Positions 54,995 through 64,000 of a stretch of 64,000 bases of DNA are shown here, one piece after another. Position 1 is the stretch's first letter. Each line of letters opens with the position of its first letter. The stretch spans positions 287,467-351,466 of the forward strand of contig JBAZUE010000001.1 of NCBI GenBank assembly GCA_041661605.1, read 5' to 3'. Origin of the DNA: Candidatus Omnitrophota bacterium (GTDB lineage Bacteria > Omnitrophota > Gorgyraeia > Gygaellales > Profunditerraquicolaceae). The translations under genes were made by a program, and so were the position numbers. A model generated the notes under the pieces. That model ran no database searches, was not told the DNA's origin, and was given only the letters and a program-made list of their open reading frames with translations.

Positions 54995-56314
54995 TTAGAA
55001 TGTAACCTTCATTGAACCGATCAACTGAGTTGCATTAGCTGTATCAGAAGTTAATGCGTTGCCTGGTGAGAATAACCCAGCAGTTAAGCCAAACTGTACA
55101 TCTTCAGTGTAATCATAGGTGACAGTGCCATCAATGGCGCTACCGAGGTGTGTTTTACCGGTATAGGTACCAGTGTAATATGTAGATCCACCGTCATAGG
55201 TGTGCGGAACAGTAAATGATGCACTGTTCTTTTGAGCTACATCATAATATCCATAAACAACAGATACAGTAACATCATCAACAGGTTTACAGCTACCTTT
55301 TAAATTGAAAGCATTCATGTTTGAGAAAGGCAGAATCGTGTAAACGATATTGTTGAGTTTTTGATCATAGAACATAGGGTCCCAACCCTGATTTCTAGTG
55401 CCACCAGTGTTAGCTCCAGAAAGATAGGTATAAGAAGCACCAATCTTAGGAGTGGTTTTTACTTTAGCAAAGGTATAATCTGCCATTGCTTGTAAAGCCC
55501 ATGCGTCATGCCTTTTCTGACCAGTAGCTGATGCAGTGTTTCTTCCAAACTGATATGCGGCTTCTAAAGATGTAGACAGATTCTCAATCGGATTACTGGA
55601 AATTAAAGCACCGATGGTTGAAAGTTGATCTGTCCTGGAGCCATTAGCAATAGGTTGGTTATTATCTTTTTTAAGCCAGTAATATGCAGAAACATTGGTT
55701 TTTTTGTTTAATGCATAGTTAGCATTAATACCGGTTAAGCTGACAGTATTTCTATCAGTAGAATTGGTTTGTTTAACTTGAGCATAAACTAAATCCACAA
55801 CTAATGGGTCATAGTCTAAAGTTGCGCGTATAGCATCAAAACCTTTTCTTTCGCTTAGATCAGTAGGAATACTTGTTGAAGTACTATTTACTTTTGCATT
55901 TCCTATGATAAGCGAATTACCGAAGCTGATTTCTTGACGACCGATAGTTAAGCTTAAAGGAGAATATAAAAATTCCTTTAAGGTAACAAAAGCTAGGTCA
56001 AGATCAATATCGGAGTTAGTAGCGCCATCATTTTGTCCGTTCCAGATTCTTTCGTTGATTAACCTTACGGTGGCCATGACATTATCAGTAAGATCTGCAT
56101 CAATGCGCACTCTTGTTTGAGTCATTAAGAAATTTTGTTTCAAAATGCTCTTATCGGCAGTGTTGGTGTTTGTCAAATTAAAATGGTTTCTTGCAACTCC
56201 ACTTGCAATAATGTCTCCACTTACCTTTACGTTCTGTACTTCGGCGTAGGCGGCGCTGAATGTCAGCCCGACTAGCAAAGCAAGCGCTAATACTAAAATC
56301 AAGCGTTTACCCAT
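54995..56314 (-). CDS. outer membrane beta-barrel porin (alginate-export-like)
   Basis: Signal peptide ...AAYA, alternating beta-strand pattern, C-terminal ...MKVTF. Confidence 0.65.
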   Translation of the reverse strand: MGKRLILVLALALLVGLTFSAAYAEVQNVKVSGDIIASGVARNHFNLTNTNTADKSILKQNFLMTQTRVRIDADLTDNVMATVRLINERIWNGQNDGATNSDIDLDLAFVTLKEFLYSPLSLTIGRQEISFGNSLIIGNAKVNSTSTSIPTDLSERKGFDAIRATLDYDPLVVDLVYAQVKQTNSTDRNTVSLTGINANYALNKKTNVSAYYWLKKDNNQPIANGSRTDQLSTIGALISSNPIENLSTSLEAAYQFGRNTASATGQKRHDAWALQAMADYTFAKVKTTPKIGASYTYLSGANTGGTRNQGWDPMFYDQKLNNIVYTILPFSNMNAFNLKGSCKPVDDVTVSVVYGYYDVAQKNSASFTVPHTYDGGSTYYTGTYTGKTHLGSAIDGTVTYDYTEDVQFGLTAGLFSPGNALTSDTANATQLIGSMKVTF

Positions 56315-56430
56315 TTTTTTACTCCTCCTTTTTTGTTAACTGTTTTTTATATGGTTAACTAGGCCAATAAACTTATCGCCTAGGATAATTTTTATTCGCA
56401 AGGATTTTTCTATATCAAAGCTTAAGGATT

Positions 56431-56458
56431 ATTTTACATACAACTCTTTAATTGTCAA
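56431..56458 (-). promoter_or_regulatory. sigma-70 promoter of the porin gene
   Basis: On the minus strand: TTGACA (56458-56453), 16-nt spacer, TAAAAT (56436-31). Implies a 5' UTR of roughly 110 nt. Confidence 0.5.
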
Positions 56459-56474
56459 GAGTTTTTTACTCCGT

Positions 56475-56945
56475 TTACTTTACCGGGGATTTGGCTTTTT
56501 TAGCCGCTACCTGTGATTTGGGGCCTAATGAAATAGTTAAAATAATGGTGCTTCCCTTCGGTTCCATGGTGATAATGCAGGTCTCATTTTCTCTTTCAAA
56601 GTTTAAAAGCCTTTGGCCGTATTCAACAATATTTACCAGGTTCCAATTATACATAGCCATTTGTTCTTTATAAAAGTTAACTACCTGGTCAGGGTTAACC
56701 TTACCCTGGTATTTTAATACGCCTACGCGCACTCCGGAGCTTTCAAAAGAGTATGACTGGGCAGGCAGGCTTTTTAAGCCGACAGGAACCGGCACATCGC
56801 TAAATTTCAGGATTGCCTGGGGCTCAAGTAAGCCGGGATTAATTGATTTGGTGTCGCTGCTGCTTGATAAGGTTGAGCAACCCGTAAGGGCAGTAGTTAG
56901 CAGGCAGCAAGTAATAAATAAGGAAAACAATTTTATAACTTTCAT
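56475..56945 (-). CDS. lipoprotein, function unknown
   Basis: Lipobox ALTGCST, 156 aa. Confidence 0.6.
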   Translation of the reverse strand: MKVIKLFSLFITCCLLTTALTGCSTLSSSSDTKSINPGLLEPQAILKFSDVPVPVGLKSLPAQSYSFESSGVRVGVLKYQGKVNPDQVVNFYKEQMAMYNWNLVNIVEYGQRLLNFERENETCIITMEPKGSTIILTISLGPKSQVAAKKAKSPVK

Positions 56946-57601
56946 CTCCCCTCCCTTTTGGCTAAAAAAGCTTTAACATCTTCATAAATTTTATCGATTT
57001 CAGCTTGGGATAAACCTGAATCCAATCCTACCCTGGTTAATTCATCCGGTGAAATAATATCTTCCGGGGCATGGCTGTCATTATTTAAAATTAATTTTGC
57101 TCCGGATTTTCTGGCCTGTTTGATTACGTGGGCATTAGTCTGGCTGTGGCCGCGCCGGCTGGTAATTTCAAGGAATATCCCGCGATCTTTGGCAAGCTTT
57201 GCGTCTTCATCAGAGATCAGCCCGGGATGCGCCAGGATATCAATATCAGCCATTAAAGCTAAGTGATTGGTACCTTTTGCCACTGGCTCAACCGGAGTTT
57301 CTCCATGGGCAATAATAATTTTGATTCCTTCTTTTCTGGCTAAGCTAGCTAAAGGCTTAAATTGCTCCGGAGGCAAATGAGTTAATTCAATTCCCGGAAG
57401 TACTTTGATCTTTGAGTTTTTTGGCCAGCGCCGGCAGAACTCAACAATTGCTTTGGCAGCCTGCCTGATATTGCTGTAATCAGCATGGTCGGTTATGGCG
57501 ATTACCTTATAACCCTTGTCTTGATAGCGTACGGCGACTTCAGAGGGAAGCAGCTCTCCGTCGCTTAAGAATGTATGTGCGTGTAAATTATAATCGTACA
57601 T
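56942..57601 (-). CDS. PHP domain phosphoesterase (histidinol phosphatase-like)
   Basis: Start moved to ATG 57601 (MYDYNLHAHTFLSDGE...), because the track start 57640 runs into the tRNA-Arg gene. Confidence 0.8.
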   Translation of the reverse strand: MYDYNLHAHTFLSDGELLPSEVAVRYQDKGYKVIAITDHADYSNIRQAAKAIVEFCRRWPKNSKIKVLPGIELTHLPPEQFKPLASLARKEGIKIIIAHGETPVEPVAKGTNHLALMADIDILAHPGLISDEDAKLAKDRGIFLEITSRRGHSQTNAHVIKQARKSGAKLILNNDSHAPEDIISPDELTRVGLDSGLSQAEIDKIYEDVKAFLAKREGR

Positions 57602-57610
57602 AATATTTAG

Positions 57611-57684
57611 TGCCCCTGGCAGGAATCGAACCTGCCGCACGCAGTTTAGGAAACTGCTGCTCTATCCTTATGAGCTACAGGGGC
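57611..57684 (-). tRNA. tRNA-Arg (anticodon CCT)
   Basis: Hand-folded from the reverse complement: acceptor GCCCCTG/CAGGGGC, anticodon arm GCAGT-TTCCTAA-ACTGC, T loop TTCGATT, discriminator A. Confidence 0.9.
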
Positions 57685-57705
57685 AGATTGTGCCCTCGCG
57701 GGCTA

Positions 57706-58239
57706 TTATTCACCGCAAAACTTAATCAGAGAGAATAGCGGATAATCTTTTAATTTATCCCTGCCATGCAAATCAACCAGTTCGATGACAAACCCTATCC
57801 CTACTATCTTCCCACGCAGCTGGGTTACCAGCTCAACCACTGCTTTTACTGTCCCGCCGGTAGCTAAAAGGTCATCGATAATCAAAACTTTTTCACCGTT
57901 GGTTATAGCGTCTTTATGGATCTCCAAGGTATCCGTGCCATATTCAAGCTCATAGGAGGCAGAAATAGTTTTATATGGCAGTTTGCCTTTTTTGCGCACT
58001 GGTACGAAACCCGCTCCGATTTTATGCGCTAACGCCGCGCCAAAAATAAAACCACGCGCCTCTACCCCGACTATTTTATCAATTTTCTTCCCTTTGTATT
58101 TCTTTGCCAGCAAATCAATTGATTTTTTAAACGCGGATTTATTCTGGATTAAAGTGGTCACGTCGCGGAAAAGGATTCCGGGTTTGGGGAAATCAGGGAT
58201 ATTTCTTATGGATTTTTCCAATAAAGAGTTGTTTTTCAT
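57706..58239 (-). CDS. apt: adenine phosphoribosyltransferase
   Basis: VLIIDDLLATGGT PRPP motif, 177 aa. Confidence 0.95.
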   Translation of the reverse strand: MKNNSLLEKSIRNIPDFPKPGILFRDVTTLIQNKSAFKKSIDLLAKKYKGKKIDKIVGVEARGFIFGAALAHKIGAGFVPVRKKGKLPYKTISASYELEYGTDTLEIHKDAITNGEKVLIIDDLLATGGTVKAVVELVTQLRGKIVGIGFVIELVDLHGRDKLKDYPLFSLIKFCGE

Positions 58240-59051
58240 AGTTCCTTCTCCTGCCCGATGACGAATTTCTTTAATTTTCTTAAGGCTGCCTCTTCGATTT
58301 GGCGGATCCTTTCGCGCGAAACACCCATTTTTTTGGCAACCTCAGCCAGTGTCTGCGGCTTGGTGTGGCTTAACCCGAAGCGCAGGTCCAGAATTTCCCG
58401 TTCACGCTCAGACATAACCTCCAGGAGATTGTCAACTCTTTCCCGGTCAAGAAAATGTTCGATCTCCGCGTCCGGGGGAGCGGTATTTTTATCTTCCACT
58501 AATTCCGATATCTGGTTATCGTTGTCTTCGCCAATGGGAGCTTCAAGCGAGGATGTGGTGCTGGACATCCAAAAATTAATCTTCCCTGTTTTCTCGGGAG
58601 AAAGTTTTAATTTTTTGGCAATCTCTTCATCGCTGGGAACACGTTTTAGTTTTTGACTTAATCGCTCCCTGCACTTCTTCCACTTGGTGATCAGGTCGTT
58701 CATATATACCGGCACGCGGATCATCTTGCCTTGTTCGCTGATAGAACGGGTAATCCCCTGTTTGATCCACCAGGCGGCGTAGGTTGAAAAACGAAAACCC
58801 TTGCGGTGGTCAAATTTCTCTACCGCTTTCATTAAACCGAGGTTGCCTTCTTCTATCAAATCCAAGAATGGGGTACCCAGGCGCATATATCTTTTTGCGA
58901 TATTGATTACCAGGCGCAGGTTTGCCTGGATCATTTCCTTACGCGCCATTTCATCCCCGCGGCGGATCTTTTTGTTCAGGTCAATTTCCTGCTGGGCAGT
59001 TAAAAGCGGGATTTGCCTGACTTCTTTGAGATACGTTTTTAATGCTTCCAT
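58236..59051 (-). CDS. RNA polymerase sigma-70 family factor (group 1/2-like, lacking a long region 1)
   Basis: Region 2 DLIEEGNLGLMKAVEKFDHRKGFRFSTYAAWWIKQ and region 4.2 TLAEVAKKMGVSRERIRQIE. Confidence 0.85.
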   Translation of the reverse strand: MEALKTYLKEVRQIPLLTAQQEIDLNKKIRRGDEMARKEMIQANLRLVINIAKRYMRLGTPFLDLIEEGNLGLMKAVEKFDHRKGFRFSTYAAWWIKQGITRSISEQGKMIRVPVYMNDLITKWKKCRERLSQKLKRVPSDEEIAKKLKLSPEKTGKINFWMSSTTSSLEAPIGEDNDNQISELVEDKNTAPPDAEIEHFLDRERVDNLLEVMSEREREILDLRFGLSHTKPQTLAEVAKKMGVSRERIRQIEEAALRKLKKFVIGQEKEL

Positions 59052-59054
59052 AGT

Positions 59055-61778
59055 TTACTTTAATGCTGCTTGAGCTGCTGCTAATTTTGCAATCGGTACC
59101 CTAAACGGTGAACAGCTTACGTAATCCATGCCTACCTTGTGGCAGAATTCCACGGATTTAGGTTCTCCGCCGTGTTCTCCGCAGATGCCGACCTCAAGGT
59201 TTTTGTTGGTCGAACGGCCGCGGGCAATGCCCATTTTGATCAGCTCTCCGATACCTTCCTGGTCGATGCTTTGAAACGGGTCCTCCGGCAGGATGCCTTT
59301 TTTAATATAATCCGGCAGGAAACCGCCGATGTCATCTCTTGAGAAACCAAAACCCATTTGGGTCATATCATTGGTTCCAAAGGAGAAGAATTGGGCGACA
59401 GTTGCCAGTTTATTTGCGACAAAGGCAGCGCGCGGAATTTCAATCATTGTTCCAAAAAGATGTTTGATCTTTTTTAACCCGTATTTTGCCAATACCTCTT
59501 TGTATATTTGTTTGGCAATAACGAGCTGATCTTCGAGCTCTTTTACATCGCAGACAACCGGGATCATAATCTCCGGGTAAGGATGTTTGCCTTCTTTGAG
59601 CAATTCAGCCGCAGATTCCAGGATTGCGCGGATTTGCATGGAGCTTACCTCTGGATATGTAACTCCTAAGCGAACTCCGCGATGGCCCATCATCGGATTG
59701 GATTCATGCAAGGCCTCAGCCCTTTTGGAAAGTTCCTGCATGCTGATGTTCAGTTCTTTGGCGAGCTGTTCAAGTTTTGCCTGTTCACGCGGCACAAATT
59801 CATGCAATGGCGGGTCCAGCAGCCGAATTACAACCGGAAAGCCGTCCATGGCCTCAATTGTGCCTTTAATGTCTTTTTTCACAAAGGGGAACAATTCATC
59901 CAGCGCCTTCTGTCTTTCTTCAAGGGTATTGGAAACAATCATTTTACGCAGCAAGAACAGAGGTTGATCAGAACCTTTACCATAGAACATATGTTCAGTG
60001 CGGAAAAGCCCGATGCCTTCGGCTCCGAATTGGCGTGCTTTTTGGGCATCTTCCGGAGTATCAGCATTGGTGCGTATGCCTAATTTTCTTACAGCATCGC
60101 ACATTCTCAAGAATTCCGAAAGTATCGTGTTTTCTTCAGAAGCATCCATCATCGGCAGTTTGCCTTCATAGACATTGCCTTTGGTGCCGTTTAAGGTAAT
60201 CCAGTCTCCTTCTTTAAGGGTTTTATCCGCTACATGCACTAATTTTTTTTCGATTTCTACATGCATGCCGCTGCATCCAACAATACAGCATTTACCCCAG
60301 CCGCGGGCAACTAATGCCGCGTGTGAGGTCATCCCGCCGCGGGCAGTAAGGATTGCCTGGGCAGCGCGCATACCTTCAACATCTTCCGGGTTAGTTTCTT
60401 CGCGGACCAGGATTACTTGTTTGCCTGTTTTTGCCCATTCTACCGCATCGCTCGAAGAGAAAACAATCTGTCCGCAAGCGCCGCCCGGGCCGGCAGGTAA
60501 ACCTTTAGCAAAAGGCTTGACACCCAATTCTGTTTTCGGGTCAATAATCGGATGAAGCAATTCATCAAGCTGTGACGGGGTAACCCGCATTACAGCCTGT
60601 TCTTTTTTAATCATTTTTTCTTTGACCATATCTACTGCCATACGTACCGCTGCCGGGCCGTTACGTTTGCCTATGCGGCATTGCAGCATAAACAGTTTGC
60701 CCTTTTCAATGGTAAATTCGATATCCTGCATATCATGGTAGTGTTTTTCCAGGCGGTCCTGGATAGCATAAAGTTCTTTGTAAATCTTCGGCATTGCTTT
60801 TTCTAAAGTAAGCAGCTCTTTGTTGTGGCTGCTGGTAGAGTATTCATTAATCGGCGCTGGTGTACGGATACCGGCAACTACGTCTTCACCCTGGGCGTTA
60901 ATCAGGTATTCTCCGTAGAAGTTATTTTCCCCGTTTCCCGGATTACGCGTAAAGGCTACGCCGGTTGCCGAGTCGTTGCCCATATTTCCAAAGACCATGG
61001 TCTGCACGTTTACCGCAGTGCCCCAGGCATCCGGTATATTTTCAATTCTGCGGTAGCTTATGGCGCGTTTTCCATTCCAGGATGAGAATACGGCGCCGAT
61101 GCCTCCCCATAGCTGCTCCATAGGTTGGTCAGGGAATTCCTTCCCCAGTACTTCTTTGATTCTAATTTTGAACTGGGCGCAGAGTTTCTTTAAGTCCTCG
61201 ACATTTAAATCCGTGTCACTGGTATAGTTTTTCGACTTTTTTAAATCAGCCATGACCTTTTCAAGCTGTTTACGGATTCCCTCTTCGCCTTTTGGTTCAA
61301 TGCCGGCAGCTTTTTCCATGACTACATCGGAATACATCATGATCAAGCGGCGGTAGGCATCATAAACAAAACGGCTGTTTCCGCCGCTCTGTTTGATTAA
61401 GCCGGGGATAGTCTTCTCGGTTAGCCCCACATTTAAAACTGTTTCCATCATTCCCGGCATAGATTTTCTTGCTCCGCTTCGTACGGAAAATAACAACGGG
61501 TTGTTGGTGTCCCCGAATTTTCTATCCATCAGTTTTTCAACTTTTTCCAGGGCTTTTTCTACCTGGGCTTTTAGTTCTTTAGGGTATTTCTTTTTATTCT
61601 GGTAATAATATGTGCAGACCTCTGTTGTGCAGGTGAACCCTGGAGGCACCGGGAGTAATAAATTTTTATTCCCGGCCATCTCAGCAAGGTTTGCGCCTTT
61701 TCCACCCAAGAGGTTCTTCATGCTTTCATTGCCGTCTGCTTTGCCGCCGCCAAAACTGTAAACATATTTCTTTGCCAT
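59055..61778 (-). CDS. ppdK: pyruvate, phosphate dikinase
   Basis: 907 aa. Phosphohistidine motif GGMTSHAALVARGWGK and a PEP-utilizing C-terminal domain. Confidence 0.95.
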   Translation of the reverse strand: MAKKYVYSFGGGKADGNESMKNLLGGKGANLAEMAGNKNLLLPVPPGFTCTTEVCTYYYQNKKKYPKELKAQVEKALEKVEKLMDRKFGDTNNPLLFSVRSGARKSMPGMMETVLNVGLTEKTIPGLIKQSGGNSRFVYDAYRRLIMMYSDVVMEKAAGIEPKGEEGIRKQLEKVMADLKKSKNYTSDTDLNVEDLKKLCAQFKIRIKEVLGKEFPDQPMEQLWGGIGAVFSSWNGKRAISYRRIENIPDAWGTAVNVQTMVFGNMGNDSATGVAFTRNPGNGENNFYGEYLINAQGEDVVAGIRTPAPINEYSTSSHNKELLTLEKAMPKIYKELYAIQDRLEKHYHDMQDIEFTIEKGKLFMLQCRIGKRNGPAAVRMAVDMVKEKMIKKEQAVMRVTPSQLDELLHPIIDPKTELGVKPFAKGLPAGPGGACGQIVFSSSDAVEWAKTGKQVILVREETNPEDVEGMRAAQAILTARGGMTSHAALVARGWGKCCIVGCSGMHVEIEKKLVHVADKTLKEGDWITLNGTKGNVYEGKLPMMDASEENTILSEFLRMCDAVRKLGIRTNADTPEDAQKARQFGAEGIGLFRTEHMFYGKGSDQPLFLLRKMIVSNTLEERQKALDELFPFVKKDIKGTIEAMDGFPVVIRLLDPPLHEFVPREQAKLEQLAKELNISMQELSKRAEALHESNPMMGHRGVRLGVTYPEVSSMQIRAILESAAELLKEGKHPYPEIMIPVVCDVKELEDQLVIAKQIYKEVLAKYGLKKIKHLFGTMIEIPRAAFVANKLATVAQFFSFGTNDMTQMGFGFSRDDIGGFLPDYIKKGILPEDPFQSIDQEGIGELIKMGIARGRSTNKNLEVGICGEHGGEPKSVEFCHKVGMDYVSCSPFRVPIAKLAAAQAALK

Positions 61779-61842
61779 TACTTTTTAAACCCTTCCTTTC
61801 TTAGCTAATGGCTTTGGCTATAGTAAGCCAAACCATTGTTCT

Positions 61843-63147
61843 CTAACGAAGCTGTTCTACTAAATATTCTTTTAACCTGTCTATCGAAATTCTTTCCTGT
61901 AACATGGTGTCTCTGCTGCGTACGGTTACCTGTTTATCCTCCAATGTCTGCACATCCACGGTCACGCAATAAAGCGTGCCCACTTCATCCTGCCTGCGGT
62001 AAAGCTTGCCGATAGATCCCGTATCATCATAAACCGTCACAAAAGATTTTTTCAGGTCCCGGGAGATTTTATTGGCAAGTTCGGTGATTTCCGGCCTGTT
62101 GCGTAAAAGTGGCAACACCGCCACTTTCGTAGGCGCAAGGTCTTTGTGGATTTTCAGGACCACACGTAAATCGTCCCTGACTTTTTCTTCATGATAGGCA
62201 TCAACTAAAAATGCCAGGACCGCCCGGTCAACTCCGCCTGAAGGCTCAATGATATATGGAAAAAATTTTTCTTTTGTGGAGTCGTCAAAATATTGAAGAT
62301 CTTTGCCGCTGTATTGGGAATGCTGTTTTAAATCGAAATCCGCGCGGTTAGCGATCCCCTCTAATTCGCTCCAGCCGAAAGGGAAATTATATTCCACGTC
62401 CATACAGGCATGGGCGTAGTGGGCTAACTCGTCTTTACCATGCTGGCGTTTTCTTAAGTTTTCACTTTTCATCCCAAGGGCTAAATACCAGTTGAAGCGG
62501 TATTCTATCCATTCATTAAGCGCCCTATCCGCATCGCTGGGTTTTACGAAATACTCTATTTCCATTTGCTCAAATTCACGGGTGCGAAAGGTAAAATTAC
62601 CCGGAGTTATTTCATTGCGGAAGGATTTTCCGATTTGAGCCAGGCCAAAAGGAAGCTTGGGATGCCGGGAATCAAGGATATTCAGAAAATTGACAAACAT
62701 CCCCTGGGCTGTTTCCGGACGGATATAAATTATATTTGAAGTATCCTCAACCGGACCCTGGTGGGTTTTAAACATCAAATTAAACGGACGGGATTCGGTA
62801 AGTTCTCCGGAGCATTCCGGGCAATGAGCCTTATCTTTTAAGTCAGCGCTCTTAAAGCGCCGCTTGCAGTTTTTACAGTCGCTCTTTAAGTCAAAGAAGT
62901 TATGTACATGGCCGCTTGCCTCCCAGGTCGTCGGATGCATGAGTATAGCCGAATCCATGCCCAGGATATCATTACGTTCATAGACATTGGATTTCCACCA
63001 GGCGCGCTTCAGGTTATTTTTCAGTTCCACTCCGTAAGGGCCGTAATCCCAGGTATTGGCCAGGCCCCCATAGATCTCGCTGCTTTGAAAAATAAGCCCC
63101 CTGCGTTTGCACAGGGAAACCACCTTATCCATTAAGTTTTCAGTCAT
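61843..63147 (-). CDS. glyQS: glycine--tRNA ligase (homodimeric type)
   Basis: RRGLIFQSSEIYGG and WDYGPYG motifs, class II core. Confidence 0.95.
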   Translation of the reverse strand: MTENLMDKVVSLCKRRGLIFQSSEIYGGLANTWDYGPYGVELKNNLKRAWWKSNVYERNDILGMDSAILMHPTTWEASGHVHNFFDLKSDCKNCKRRFKSADLKDKAHCPECSGELTESRPFNLMFKTHQGPVEDTSNIIYIRPETAQGMFVNFLNILDSRHPKLPFGLAQIGKSFRNEITPGNFTFRTREFEQMEIEYFVKPSDADRALNEWIEYRFNWYLALGMKSENLRKRQHGKDELAHYAHACMDVEYNFPFGWSELEGIANRADFDLKQHSQYSGKDLQYFDDSTKEKFFPYIIEPSGGVDRAVLAFLVDAYHEEKVRDDLRVVLKIHKDLAPTKVAVLPLLRNRPEITELANKISRDLKKSFVTVYDDTGSIGKLYRRQDEVGTLYCVTVDVQTLEDKQVTVRSRDTMLQERISIDRLKEYLVEQLR

Positions 63148-63207
63148 AGTTCTATATTTTTAGCACAGTATAACTTAAAGAGCAAGAAGATTTTGAGTAT
63201 CCTTGCA

Positions 63208-63924
63208 TCAGTCTATAGGTTTTAATGTTGAAATTATAGCAAACACGTTATTTAAATCCAGGTGGCCGCCGGTATCTTTTATATACACCTTAAAAAAGTT
63301 GTCTTTGGCATCAAGCACATTGCAGTCAAAATAATTATTCGGTTTGGTCATGGTGTAATTAATAAATCCCCTCTTTTCGTTCAGTTTAAATTCGATCAAG
63401 CGGCAGATATTTTGGGGGCCTATATCCGGGGTGAAGACGCTTTTCATAATGGTAAAGAAGGCATCGGTAATATTATTTACCTTGTTAAGGTTAGCATACA
63501 TGAGCCTGCGGATAAATTCATAATTATTGAGTATCCCCTGTTTTTTTACGTCCGGATAAAGTTTTATAAAGGCATTCGGCTCCTGGCGCAAAAGGTAAAT
63601 AACCGGGGTATTCTCTGTCCGTCTTCTTTTGTAATACCTTCTTTTAATCAATTCTTGTATTAAATTAAAACCTTTAGGTATGGAGATAGACATTTTTGGG
63701 AATTTTTGCGGGATTAGAGTATCAATGTATTCTTTATTGAGTTCAGGAGCTAAAGCTTTTTCATCCGGTTGCATACACAGTATAGGAACGGTTTTGCAGT
63801 CGCCAATCCCGTATGAAATATATTGTCTCAGGATATTTGGCCCTCCAAACTTGATGATGAAACCTATACAAAGGGCAAGTATAATCAGGCTGCTTATAAA
63901 TTTTAAGAACCGGTTAGATGCCAT
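63208..63924 (-). CDS. membrane-anchored hypothetical protein
   Basis: N-terminal TM helix (FISSLIILALCIGFII). No family recognised. Confidence 0.45.
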   Translation of the reverse strand: MASNRFLKFISSLIILALCIGFIIKFGGPNILRQYISYGIGDCKTVPILCMQPDEKALAPELNKEYIDTLIPQKFPKMSISIPKGFNLIQELIKRRYYKRRRTENTPVIYLLRQEPNAFIKLYPDVKKQGILNNYEFIRRLMYANLNKVNNITDAFFTIMKSVFTPDIGPQNICRLIEFKLNEKRGFINYTMTKPNNYFDCNVLDAKDNFFKVYIKDTGGHLDLNNVFAIISTLKPID

Positions 63925-64000
63925 TTAGCTTCTTAAACTCCTCTTCTTTTATACTGAAAGAATATTGCTCAGAAGGAAATTTTTCCTGTATAACTTCGTT
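63914..64000 (-). CDS. 3' end of an unidentified gene (5' part outside the window)
   Basis: Frame open from the window edge: NEVIQEKFPSEQYSFSIKEEEFKKLNGI, then stop. Overlaps the next start by 11 nt. Confidence 0.3.
   Translation of the reverse strand, partial: NEVIQEKFPSEQYSFSIKEEEFKKLNGI

Noticed and set aside
59139-61605. Multiple 60 to 133 aa plus-strand ORFs within ppdK, and similar antisense ORFs inside accC, cobT, thiC, btuB, GH57 and others
   Set aside because: All are shadows of long, well-conserved genes on the opposite strand or in another frame. They show no RBS or recognisable motifs.
61800-61835. Imperfect hairpin (AATGGCTTTGGCT...AGCCAAACCATT) between glyQS and ppdK, considered as a terminator or T-box remnant
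   Set aside because: No U-tract follows on the minus strand. The gap is far too short for a T-box leader. It is probably a weak processing or stability hairpin.
1-64000. Scan for rRNA genes, CRISPR arrays, transposases, integrases and prophage genes
   Set aside because: None recognised. All long ORFs are explained by chromosomal genes, and no multi-copy spacer-repeat pattern was seen.

Overview
AT-rich, gene-dense bacterial chromosome segment with no rRNA, CRISPR array, transposase or integrase. Most genes are housekeeping and often have overlapping stop and start codons. The lineage is probably an uncultivated anaerobe near the PVC/Omnitrophota group; this is a low-confidence guess based on a PVC-type small basic protein and PPi-type glycolysis. 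Main blocks: (1) a late cobalamin operon cobC-cobU-cobT-cobS-cobQ plus a PP-loop ATPase, then a cobalamin riboswitch, btuB and a tonB-like gene. (2) rpsU, aroQ, efp, accBC, a PPi-type pfk, gmhA/rfaE2 and thiD2-thiE-thiC. (3) tRNA-Gly, then NlpD-like, AAA ATPase, YfcE, HIT, dGTPase and GAF-HD-GYP. (4) ExeA/GspB-like genes divergent from PilZ, zinc-ribbon and PilZ genes. (5) A five-gene envelope cluster: large secreted protein, lipoprotein, LpoB-like, YcfL-like, and a CsgG/FlgT-like domain fused to a trypsin-like protease. (6) gpmA, rubrerythrin, ABC-F, msrBA and eda. (7) lexA, an unknown orf and dinB behind a palindromic operator. (8) A minus-strand block: porin, GH57, membrane beta-sandwich protein, ParA fused to a CBM48 glycogen-binding domain, DUF4870, lysine-rich protein and DUF134. 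(9) tRNA-Arg, apt, sigma factor, ppdK and glyQS. The best candidate for an undescribed system is the ParA-CBM48 fusion next to GH57, which may position glycogen granules. The envelope lipoprotein/protease cluster ranks second. A consensus-promoter-driven 27-aa hydrophobic peptide antisense to the DUF134 gene ranks third. All family calls come from motif recognition by eye; no searches were run.
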